From IMG/VR virus record IMGVR_UViG_3300035204_001483: DNA of 64,000 nucleotides. One strand, written 5' to 3'. Below are positions 55,206-63,024 of this stretch, in pieces. The notes under the pieces were generated by a model. The model was given only the letters and a program-made list of their open reading frames with translations, was not told where the DNA came from and did not search any database. Source of the stretch: an uncultured virus (IMG/VR IMGVR_UViG_3300035204_001483). Lineage: Duplodnaviria > Heunggongvirae > Uroviricota > Caudoviricetes. A program made the translations under genes and the position numbers. The stretch's first letter is position 1. Every line of letters starts with the position of its first letter.

Positions 55206-55415
55206 TCATTTCAACTCAAATACCTCTACTGTTTCTAGTTCCCAGTTACCTTCATCCCGTTTGAATTCTTCGTAACCAAAAAACTTCAGCCACGCTCTCG
55301 CCTCTGCGTGTGGTACACTTATACCATCACACTTAAGTAAGACGGTTTTGCTACGTTTATCGTTTTGGAACCATGCTGTATAGTTTTTCATTTTACGTCC
55401 TAGTGAGTCCATCAT
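55206..55415 (-). CDS. Hypothetical protein
   Basis: Coupled to 55412..56056. Confidence 0.45.
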   Translation of the reverse strand: MMDSLGRKMKNYTAWFQNDKRSKTVLLKCDGISVPHAEARAWLKFFGYEEFKRDEGNWELETVEVFELK

Positions 55416-56056
55416 CGGCTTACTCCGTAAGGTAATTTTTGTAGTCTATCAATGCAGCTTTCGTATTCTTTAATCTGTAAGGCTTTGTGGGCTTCGTTTA
55501 ATTCTGCCTTCGTCTCAAATTCTTTATAGAGATAAATTTTCTCCAAGTTCAAATCATCTTGAGTCAAACCGTGTTTCTTGATGAAATCACATGGCCGCAC
55601 TTCATCACCCCACTTGATTCGGTATGGATCAGTAAGCTGCTTCCACACGCTTTCCTCCATTTGCACCTTGGATGACCACCAATCATTACCTATTGTCCGA
55701 TTGGTTTTCCAAGCGTCAGACTCCCAAAGCATATACTTGTTAGCCTTCTTCCAATACTCATCGGAAACGGGTTGGAACGGGTAGTCTCCTATGCTGTTAT
55801 CAAAGTAATGATTATACTCCTCGAAATCATAACGAGGACTATGCCACTCGTTGCTATTCCAATACTCTTTGATGATACCGAGTCTTGCACCGCTCCATTC
55901 TGGTTTGCCCCGTGCTGGGCCGAGGGTTTTCTCGTTGTCCCATTGGTGCTTGTATCCTTGAAAAGATACTGCCCAATATTCACCGAGGCTCATGTAGAGT
56001 AATTCTGATTCGTCTATGCGAAAGTGATTTGAATTGTTAGTGTATCCCATTTTCAC
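55412..56056 (-). CDS. Trp-rich hypothetical protein
   Basis: 214-aa ORF. Confidence 0.6.
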   Translation of the reverse strand: MKMGYTNNSNHFRIDESELLYMSLGEYWAVSFQGYKHQWDNEKTLGPARGKPEWSGARLGIIKEYWNSNEWHSPRYDFEEYNHYFDNSIGDYPFQPVSDEYWKKANKYMLWESDAWKTNRTIGNDWWSSKVQMEESVWKQLTDPYRIKWGDEVRPCDFIKKHGLTQDDLNLEKIYLYKEFETKAELNEAHKALQIKEYESCIDRLQKLPYGVSR

Positions 56057-56294
56057 CTCCTACGTTTTTAATTTCGTCTGCCGTCATTGGTGTGCAGCCT
56101 TCCAGTAAACCTCCATCTTCTACTATGGCCCAATCTACCTCCCATGAGCCTTCTACATACTCACCGTTGTCTGGTAGGCCAATGCCCATGTCTGATTCCG
56201 CAATTTCTGCGGCGTGTTGAAGTGTATCCGCTTCTACGGTAACATAACCGTACATTTGCCAAGATACTGGAACTTTGAATGATTTGCCTTTCAT
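56037..56294 (-). CDS. Early hypothetical protein
   Basis: Leaderless promoter at 56329; VTVEADTLQHAAEIA. Confidence 0.6.
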   Translation of the reverse strand: MKGKSFKVPVSWQMYGYVTVEADTLQHAAEIAESDMGIGLPDNGEYVEGSWEVDWAIVEDGGLLEGCTPMTADEIKNVGGENGIH

Positions 56295-56371
56295 AAGGAA
56301 GAGAGTACCACGCTCTTGTCTTTTGTCAAGGAGATTTTATGTTTTAAAAAACTTTAAGTGTAATAAACTGT

Positions 56372-56695
56372 ATGCACGACTCTAAAGATTTGAACCTTTT
56401 GCTGGAAGACCTACAGGTAGACGCAAGAAAAAATGGATTTGAGTTGGTCGTTGAACCTTCAAACGATAAAGACTTATTCGTTCTAGCTAACTCCCTTAGT
56501 CAGAAGGCTGTCGTCTTAGGTTTGACAGAAATTAACTATCAAAAAGTTATAGTCTCCTACTCCATCAGCTTACAAAGGTACGGGTACTACAGAGATGAAG
56601 GGTTCGATAGTAACCAAATGTCAGATATGCCAATAAGGGATGATATTTTTGACTTTATCCTTGTTGATAAAATAATCGAATATTTAAAAAAATAA
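56372..56695 (+). CDS. Hypothetical protein
   Basis: Preceded by GTGTAAT motif. Confidence 0.6.
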   Translation: MHDSKDLNLLLEDLQVDARKNGFELVVEPSNDKDLFVLANSLSQKAVVLGLTEINYQKVIVSYSISLQRYGYYRDEGFDSNQMSDMPIRDDIFDFILVDKIIEYLKK

Positions 56696-56697
56696 AT

Positions 56698-57456
56698 TTA
56701 AAGATTCCCAAGATAGCCTCGATCAAGGGACATGATTGAACCATCAAGTTCAACAGAATCAGCTACCTCTATTGGGTTAACCTGAATACGAACGCCATTC
56801 TCGCGGAGTAGATACATTAACGCTTCTATTGAGTGTCCGTTTTTCTTCAATCTCCCATTGATGTGAAACTCTCCAAGAAAATTTTCGATCTTGTGTCTAA
56901 AACTGTAAGACTTAATTATTTCATGCTCCGAACACTCACAATCCATCTTCATTACTTTGCATTTTTTGATGTTGTTTTGTTCAAAGATTTCGTCAAGAGT
57001 TGTGGATTTGGCTGAATGAAAAGACATATACTCCGATTCTTCTGCCGCCAAAAAATCTGTAATATTTGCGCCACCAGTATTTCCACGGGGCTGACATAAT
57101 TCTACATCTCTTCCGTCAGCAGTAACCGCTAAATTAAACGCTTTTACATTTGTTACGTTATTGGCTTCAATATTTGCCTGTAACGCTTCATAATTTTCCG
57201 CAACTGGCTCATAAGTGTAAATCTTTAACTCAGGAAAAAACTTCGCATAAAACACGCTAACAACCCCGCAATGCCCACCAATATCAATCATTACGTCTCC
57301 TTCTTCTACCTCCAACCCCTCCAGCGTGTATTGAGAAGAAAGTTCTCCCAATGCTATTCCACGAACAGCAGAAGATTGGGGGGATGAATCAGTTAACGTA
57401 AGAACTGCTGGCTTGGTGTTTTCGTCCCAATAAACAGTGTAATCATGGAAGTCCAT
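56698..57456 (-). CDS. FkbM-family methyltransferase
   Basis: IDIGGHCG, YEP, TTLDEI, MKMDCECSE, GEFH. Start uncertain because the track start runs into the repeat cluster. Confidence 0.85.
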   Translation of the reverse strand: MDFHDYTVYWDENTKPAVLTLTDSSPQSSAVRGIALGELSSQYTLEGLEVEEGDVMIDIGGHCGVVSVFYAKFFPELKIYTYEPVAENYEALQANIEANNVTNVKAFNLAVTADGRDVELCQPRGNTGGANITDFLAAEESEYMSFHSAKSTTLDEIFEQNNIKKCKVMKMDCECSEHEIIKSYSFRHKIENFLGEFHINGRLKKNGHSIEALMYLLRENGVRIQVNPIEVADSVELDGSIMSLDRGYLGNL

Positions 57457-57475
57457 ATTTCTATAGTTACGGCGA

Positions 57476-57787
57476 ATGTTACAATCCTCTAAAAACCATC
57501 CGGTGCGGGATGTTGCAATCCTCAAAAACCACTTTCATCAGGTGATGTTGTTATCCTCTAAAATTACATCTATCATTCATGTTCTAATCCTCTACAAAGG
57601 TAGTACGTGTTGTTGTAATCCTTCTTTTTGTTAAATGTTCTAATCCTCTAATCGATTTCGTGGTATGTTGTAGTCCTATTTAAGGTTATGTTGTTTCCCC
57701 CTATTCGTTCAGCGTGTAGTTGATATCACCAATCAATGTTCTAATCCTCAAGATCATAAACATATTTGCACGTATGTTGCAATCCTA
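57476..57787 (-). repeat. Cluster III of the same repeat (9-10 copies) directly 3' of tmRNA
   Basis: Copies at 57476, 57510, 57545, 57579, 57610, 57635, 57665, (57688), 57736, 57774. Confidence 0.85.
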
Positions 57788-57790
57788 AAA

Positions 57791-58201
57791 TGGTGGAGGC
57801 GGTGGGAGTCGAACCCACGTCTTTAAAACCGTCTGCTCAGATATACTACAAGTTTAGTCGGTGACATACTTGTTAGTTGACCACCGACAGACTAACTAAC
57901 AAGGTTGGAGGCACTTTATTTATACTAGACTCCTCACCCTTCCTAGTTTTTTTTGCTCGCTATCGACGCCCTAGCTCCTTAACGAGCATCCAGAGTAGGA
58001 CGGGGTAGAACTAAGCTACCAGCGCAGCCTCTTCGGCCCAACCGAAACGAGCGAGAATCTCGTCTGCTTCAGCCAGTGAAGGAGCTACCATGTCAACGTC
58101 ATTGTTGGCATATATGTTTTTGATAGAATTTTTAAGAGGCCAACTATCATCCTCTACTTGCAATCTTGCGTAAGGCTCCAAATCGAAACCAGTACGCCCC
58201 C
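57791..58201 (-). ncRNA. ssrA: tmRNA
   Basis: 5' GGGGGCGTACTGGTTTCGA and 3' GACGTGGGTTCGACTCCCACCGCCTCCACCA; acceptor stem with G3.U; internal tag frame 58109-58011 (ANNDVD..AALVA). Confidence 0.93.
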
Positions 58202-58222
58202 ATAAATTATTATACACCATTA

Positions 58223-58486
58223 CTACAGTTTGTCATACTGATTTGACCATTTTTTTAAATTGACCAAGGCGATCTTTGAGCGTAAAATTTCCCGCCTCGC
58301 TGCTGCGTCATGCTCCGCAGACTTCAATCTACCCCTGTAATTAGGGTCAGCTTCAGCTTCTTCAAGATTAGTTTCCAGATGACGCAGAACGTGAAGGAAT
58401 AGGCAGCAATACTTTTTCTTTTCCCCATCAGTGAGGTTATCGTACTTTTCATCAAGCTCTAAAATGTCTATGTTTTCCAACGACAT
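58223..58486 (-). CDS. Hypothetical protein
   Basis: 87-aa ORF in operon. Confidence 0.55.
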   Translation of the reverse strand: MSLENIDILELDEKYDNLTDGEKKKYCCLFLHVLRHLETNLEEAEADPNYRGRLKSAEHDAAARREILRSKIALVNLKKWSNQYDKL

Positions 58487-58488
58487 GA

Positions 58489-58722
58489 TTAGTTCGCTCT
58501 AAGCTTTTCTTTTTCTTTTATTTTTTTTATAATTTTTAATCCCTGTCTGGCGAATGACTGACAATGCTCTGCAAAATCCTTATCCGCTCCAGCTTTTACA
58601 GCACCCAAATAAGAATATAAAACTATAGCAAAGTTGTTTCGTCCAGCCATCTTACATTCGTCAGCCAAGTTTTCAACAACCTCCAATAATTCAAGCTCTT
58701 TGTTTGTTTCTTTTTCTCTCAT
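58489..58722 (-). CDS. Hypothetical protein
   Basis: 77-aa ORF in operon. Confidence 0.55.
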   Translation of the reverse strand: MREKETNKELELLEVVENLADECKMAGRNNFAIVLYSYLGAVKAGADKDFAEHCQSFARQGLKIIKKIKEKEKLRAN

Positions 58723-58732
58723 AGTTTATTCC

Positions 58733-58927
58733 TCATTCGCAAATCCCAAAACGATTATGTCCCTCACCAAAGTAGCTATTAGGTTGGTGATCGTAAGGGT
58801 TTTTGCGTCGATCTGCGCTCTTATTTGGCGTTTTTGAATTTTGCGGGGTCTTGCGCGTACGTTTATTTGGCTTTTTTATTTTTGTGGGGGTTTTTTTCAT
58901 ATTTATTTTTCCTTGCTTTCTGCCCAC
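58733..58927 (-). CDS. Small basic hypothetical protein
   Basis: 64-aa ORF; start may be the second Met. Confidence 0.45.
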   Translation of the reverse strand: MGRKQGKINMKKTPTKIKKPNKRTRKTPQNSKTPNKSADRRKNPYDHQPNSYFGEGHNRFGICE

Positions 58928-59109
58928 AAATATAATTTATAGCCAGCAATTTCAGCCTCTCTACTTGTAATGGAGGAATCCGAATGCTGCAAGAATAAAA
59001 GAATATTTTCCGCTAGTTCCCTCTCGCTCATCTTGAGGGCTGATTGCCTTATCCATTCTTTTTCGTGAGGCTCTATCTCTCCATATTCAACTTCGCTCAT
59101 CTTTTTCAA
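58903..59109 (-). CDS. Hypothetical protein
   Basis: 68-aa ORF. Confidence 0.5.
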   Translation of the reverse strand: MKKMSEVEYGEIEPHEKEWIRQSALKMSERELAENILLFLQHSDSSITSREAEIAGYKLYLWAESKEK

Positions 59110-59740
59110 AAATACAGGTTAATATGTTATTTGGTTCAGGACTTTTCCTAATGATATCTTCAACGTGGGAAGAGGCAAGTAAATTGTAACTCAACTCTCT
59201 CATAAAATTAGTAAGGCTTTCTTCGTTAAAGTGCCATAAATGCTCATCGGGTCTTCTGTGTTTCCAATTTTCAAACCAATGATCTGAAAGGTAATGGCAC
59301 TCGGGAACAGAAACGCAAATGTATTTGGTCTTTAGCTTCTGTATATCGTATATATCGTCTAGATGCTCTAAGGTGTCAAAAAAACAAACAAGATCAAAGC
59401 TCTCCAAATATATATCGTCTACAAATCTGCATCCCTTCGGAATTGGGTAGCTATTTATATCAAACCCGCAACGATCTTCAAATGCTCCTTCAGAGTAGCT
59501 TAAGAAATCACCATTACCATATCCTACATCAAGGATTTTATGAAGCTCCGTTGAGATGACCCCCTTTATGAACCCCAACCTTAAAAACGACATCCTAATG
59601 GAGGCTTCCCCGTATGAATCGTATCTCTTTTTTATGTAATCGAGGTTGTATTCTCTTTTCTTAACAAAAAAACTTTTTTGTTTTATTACTCCATTGCTTA
59701 GTTGCTCATAATTATCAAGCATACTACTTTTTTTTGCCAA
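59087..59740 (-). CDS. Class I SAM-dependent methyltransferase
   Basis: ILDVGYGNGDFL, FDLVCFFDTLEH, EHLWHF. Confidence 0.85.
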   Translation of the reverse strand: MAKKSSMLDNYEQLSNGVIKQKSFFVKKREYNLDYIKKRYDSYGEASIRMSFLRLGFIKGVISTELHKILDVGYGNGDFLSYSEGAFEDRCGFDINSYPIPKGCRFVDDIYLESFDLVCFFDTLEHLDDIYDIQKLKTKYICVSVPECHYLSDHWFENWKHRRPDEHLWHFNEESLTNFMRELSYNLLASSHVEDIIRKSPEPNNILTCIFEKDERS

Positions 59741-59775
59741 TAAATTCTATTTGGCAAATTGTATCCCCCCAAGGA

Positions 59776-60636
59776 TTAATCCCCGTCTGATTTTTTCTTT
59801 GATCTCTCTGCGAGTTTATTGTCGGCCCAAACGCCTCCTAATTCGGGGATATAATTATCATGTTTTGAAAAGTTCTCTTTGGCCGTAATCACCCTCAGAT
59901 TATCTTGATGATGCGCCCCGCCAATAGATAGTGGAATAATGTGGTCTACATGATATTTTTCACCGTGCTTCTTCGTCATATCGTCTCTTTGTTTGTAAAG
60001 ATTTTCAATAAGTTTGTAGTCGGTTGTGGGTAACAGGGCTGTAATCTTTAAGGCTCTTCTTTTGCCCTCCCTTGCTCTTATCTTTTCTGGATTCGCTTTA
60101 GCGTATTCTTTAGCTTTCCTGTTAAGCTCTTCCCTGTGGGCTTCGCGATAAGCTTTGCCTTGCGCCAACCCCTTTTCCCTGTTCTTTTTTCTGTAAGCTT
60201 TATTCGTCGCCTTTATCTTCTCCTCGTTGGCTTCGTTGTAAATCTTTTGATACTCTCTAATTTTTTCCTTATTGGCTTGGCGGTAAGCTTTTCTATATTC
60301 TGCAATTTCCCCTTCGTTGGCTTTTCTGTAAGCCTTTATTTTTTCTTTGTTGGCTTTACGGTAAGCCCTGTTACGTGCATCGCACTTTTCCTTGTTGCGA
60401 GCATAGTAGGCTTTGCCTCTTTCGGCGCATTCTTTCCGGTATTCAGGATCGGCCATTTTCTTTTTATGCCTAGCCTTTGACCTAGCCTTACCCGCTTCTC
60501 TGACTTCAGGTCTTTTTTGGTATTCTGCTCGGTATTCTTTAGTTCGCTCTTTTATTCTTTCTTTATTCTCCTCGTAATACCTTTTGCTACTTGCCTTCCT
60601 ACGCCGATGTCTTTCCTCCTCGCTCAATTTTTTCAT
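59776..60636 (-). CDS. HNH endonuclease with repetitive basic helical N-terminus
   Basis: YHVDHIIPL..GAHHQDNLRVITAKENFSK; KAYRxANxEKI repeats. Confidence 0.85.
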   Translation of the reverse strand: MKKLSEEERHRRRKASSKRYYEENKERIKERTKEYRAEYQKRPEVREAGKARSKARHKKKMADPEYRKECAERGKAYYARNKEKCDARNRAYRKANKEKIKAYRKANEGEIAEYRKAYRQANKEKIREYQKIYNEANEEKIKATNKAYRKKNREKGLAQGKAYREAHREELNRKAKEYAKANPEKIRAREGKRRALKITALLPTTDYKLIENLYKQRDDMTKKHGEKYHVDHIIPLSIGGAHHQDNLRVITAKENFSKHDNYIPELGGVWADNKLAERSKKKSDGD

Positions 60637-60652
60637 TTTATATAAATAATCC

Positions 60653-60835
60653 TCAATTTAATTGAGACTGTATCTCGTCTAAGTCTTCTTTTACCTGAAT
60701 ACAGCGACCATCAACAAGACAAACTTCGCAATATACATTGCCAAACGAGTCAACGGTATCAGTAACGTAAGCTACGTTATCCCAGTTAAAAATGACAGGT
60801 TGATCTGATGTTTTTGTTAGTTTTACCATCTTCAT
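60653..60835 (-). CDS. Small FlbD-like protein
   Basis: VKLT..FN..V..IQVKEDLDEI pattern. Confidence 0.5.
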   Translation of the reverse strand: MKMVKLTKTSDQPVIFNWDNVAYVTDTVDSFGNVYCEVCLVDGRCIQVKEDLDEIQSQLN

Positions 60836-60901
60836 AAGGAAATTATATCCCTTTTTGACACTGAGTCAAGAAAAATACGCTAAATAAGTGTAATAACTAA
60901 T

Positions 60902-61336
60902 ATGCCGTTTGAACTGATAACCATGATTGGAGGAGCAGTTACGGGCTTTATTTTTCGGTTTATGGCTGAAAGAGCTAAAGAAAGAGCGCGGCTATGGGAG
61001 ATGGCTCTAGGCAAGAAAAAAGCAGAAGATGATAGTGCTGACAAAGCCGCAAAAAGAGTACCTATAGACGCTGGAAAATGGGTTAGGAGGGTAATTGTCG
61101 TATGCGTTTTATTTGGCGTAATATTGGCTCCGTTTATTTTATCTCTCTTGGGTTACTCTACGATAGTAGAGGTAGAAGAAACTGACCCTACATGGTTTTT
61201 TGGATTATTTGGTGGTGGAACTGAAATTACGTTTGTTGAACTTCCAGCCTATCTAATGGTATCAGAAGTAAGACAAACATTAACCGCAATCATTGGTTTC
61301 TATTTTGGAAACGCATCAGCATCGTGTAAAACATAA
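60902..61336 (+). CDS. Membrane protein (holin-like)
   Basis: Hydrophobic segments, WVRR, C-terminal AIIGFYFG. Confidence 0.55.
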   Translation: MPFELITMIGGAVTGFIFRFMAERAKERARLWEMALGKKKAEDDSADKAAKRVPIDAGKWVRRVIVVCVLFGVILAPFILSLLGYSTIVEVEETDPTWFFGLFGGGTEITFVELPAYLMVSEVRQTLTAIIGFYFGNASASCKT

Positions 61337-61479
61337 TGGCAATAAGAAAATCATTTAAGTACGAACACAAAAGTGTCAAAAAGAAAACCCGCCAAGGCTG
61401 TGGAATCCACAGTAAAGGAATGAAAAAGTATAGAGGGCAAGGCGGCCCACGCAAGAGAAGTAAACTTCCTAAGAAATGA
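61336..61479 (+). CDS. 47-aa basic peptide with KKTRQG..YRGQG motif
   Basis: Read by hand; TAATG-coupled to the previous gene. Confidence 0.65.
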   Translation: MAIRKSFKYEHKSVKKKTRQGCGIHSKGMKKYRGQGGPRKRSKLPKK

Positions 61480-61646
61480 AAACGTACAAATCCAAATTGA
61501 ATATCAAATTCGGTGACCATATGGGAGCAATAGTCCTCTGGTGTATAGCTATAATTTGCACGTTAGGATTTGCAGCTATCCCATTCCAACTCTGGTTAGC
61601 TAAACTGGTTTTGGATAATTGGGAAGTGGAGGTACACGAAAAATGA
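61476..61646 (+). CDS. Small membrane protein
   Basis: ATGA-coupled; LW..IICTLGFAAIPF. Confidence 0.55.
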   Translation: MKTYKSKLNIKFGDHMGAIVLWCIAIICTLGFAAIPFQLWLAKLVLDNWEVEVHEK

Positions 61647-61725
61647 GTTCATGGTGGTTGACATTATTGTGGTTGCCGTTTTTTTGCTTAATGCTTTGGC
61701 TACTACATATAACTAAAGATAAAAA

Positions 61726-62508
61726 ATGAAAAACCCTTATCCCAGAGTATTTCCAATATGGCTCATCCCTTTGCTGGTGCTTATCGCGTTCTCCTTAATG
61801 CAGTGCGGGTGCAGAACAGGGGGTACACGACTAAACCCAAACTCTGCTGGTACAGTTATCATACCTCAAACCCCTCAAGAAATTAACGAGCGCAACAATG
61901 AAGCAATAGAGTTACCCCCGTTTGAACCACTAGCACCTATTCCCATCGTTCCTCCAGCTAGAAAACATACAAACGCTGCAAGGTCTAACCCTGTTATACC
62001 AGAACCTCAATCAGCTAAAGCTAACCCTGTCGCCTCCAACCCTAAAGCGTCGGGAGCATCAACGTCATTCTCTCCAACTGTTAGCACCAACCTATTAACA
62101 AAGCTACCACCAGCAAAAGCAAAAAAACTACCCCCTAAAATTATAGAGGGAGATGGGGGATGCGTTGTTATTACGGACAATCCAAAAAACCCGCAAACGA
62201 ACAACAAGGCAGCAACCGAGACGAACGGTTTTCTATTATGCGACCCAATGGAAAAACCAAAAGAGAAACAGGCGGGTACTAACTGGTTAAGCTTATTTAC
62301 GTTTTATATAACGTGTTTTTTGGGTTTAATTATTCTCTGGGTAATATATGATATTATAAAAGACGCCATTGAAATGAAGAAGCAAGGCTCACCTATGAAA
62401 AAACATCTAGAGAATTTAAAAAAGCCAGCTAAAGGAACAAGAGCGGCTAGAAAACCAACAAAGAAAAAACCAACAAAGAAAAAATCAACAAAGAAAAAAC
62501 CAAAATGA
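61726..62508 (+). CDS. Pro-rich membrane/lipoprotein with Lys-rich tail
   Basis: N-terminal signal with Cys, C-terminal TM, KKPTKK repeats. Confidence 0.65.
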   Translation: MKNPYPRVFPIWLIPLLVLIAFSLMQCGCRTGGTRLNPNSAGTVIIPQTPQEINERNNEAIELPPFEPLAPIPIVPPARKHTNAARSNPVIPEPQSAKANPVASNPKASGASTSFSPTVSTNLLTKLPPAKAKKLPPKIIEGDGGCVVITDNPKNPQTNNKAATETNGFLLCDPMEKPKEKQAGTNWLSLFTFYITCFLGLIILWVIYDIIKDAIEMKKQGSPMKKHLENLKKPAKGTRAARKPTKKKPTKKKSTKKKPK

Positions 62509-62654
62509 AAAAACTAATTATATTATTTGTAAGCGTATTCGCAATTGCCTGTAACTGGGGCAATTCTAGCTGTGATAAATGTTCATGTGACGCGGGCTGT
62601 TGTGACTCTGGAGCTTGCTCCGCTGATGACTGCGCTTGTGTTTGTAAAAAGTAG
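62505..62654 (+). CDS. Cys-rich small lipoprotein (49 aa)
   Basis: MKKLIILFVSVFAIAC-NWGNSSCDKCSCDAGCCDSGACSADDCACVCKK; ATGA-coupled. Confidence 0.65.
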   Translation: MKKLIILFVSVFAIACNWGNSSCDKCSCDAGCCDSGACSADDCACVCKK

Positions 62655-62805
62655 AACGATATGAGTAGCACATGGAGTTCAGGAATCGGAAGGTTTCCCA
62701 AGCGCGACCCCGAACACGGAAAGTGGTGGCGATGGCTAAAGGATAATTGGAAGGGGTTTTGGGAAGCTTCCAACAGGAAATGTAAAAAAAACTGTAAATG
62801 TAAAA

Positions 62806-63024
62806 ATGAAAAAACTTTGGAAAAAAATTAAACATTGGTGCTGTAAAGTAGGCTTATGTAATTTAGACAAATGCGTTTGTGATTGTCACGAGCAACCTAA
62901 AGGGCGCAGCAAAGCTTATTACAAAACGACAACTCCACCCCCACTTAAAGCAAAAGCCTCAACGCCCGAAAAAGCCCCCAAGAAGAAAAACCGCAGTTGG
63001 CGTGACGGCCCAACCCCCAACTAA
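62806..63024 (+). CDS. Small basic Cys-containing protein
   Basis: HWCC..C..CVCDCH. Confidence 0.5.
   Translation: MKKLWKKIKHWCCKVGLCNLDKCVCDCHEQPKGRSKAYYKTTTPPPLKAKASTPEKAPKKKNRSWRDGPTPN

Larger units (their letters stand above)
35489..60869 (-). promoter_or_regulatory. Minus-strand sigma70-type early promoters
   Basis: TTGAC(A/G/T) with 5' base at 35517, 36003, 37779, 38853, 39208, 40257, 40896, 41894, 43402, 43890, 45324, 46048, 47149, 50990, 53619, 56329, 60869; -10-like hexamers 16-18 bp downstream. Confidence 0.75.

Noticed and set aside
57476..57787. Mini-CRISPR array
   Set aside because: The repeat is only about 15 nt, degenerate and irregularly spaced, with no cas genes.
57791..57825. 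Stand-alone tRNA
   Set aside because: It is the 3' tRNA-like domain of tmRNA and pairs with the 5' end at 58201.
58011..58220. 69-aa protein-coding gene
   Set aside because: It overlaps the tmRNA; only the last 32 codons are meaningful, as the tag frame.
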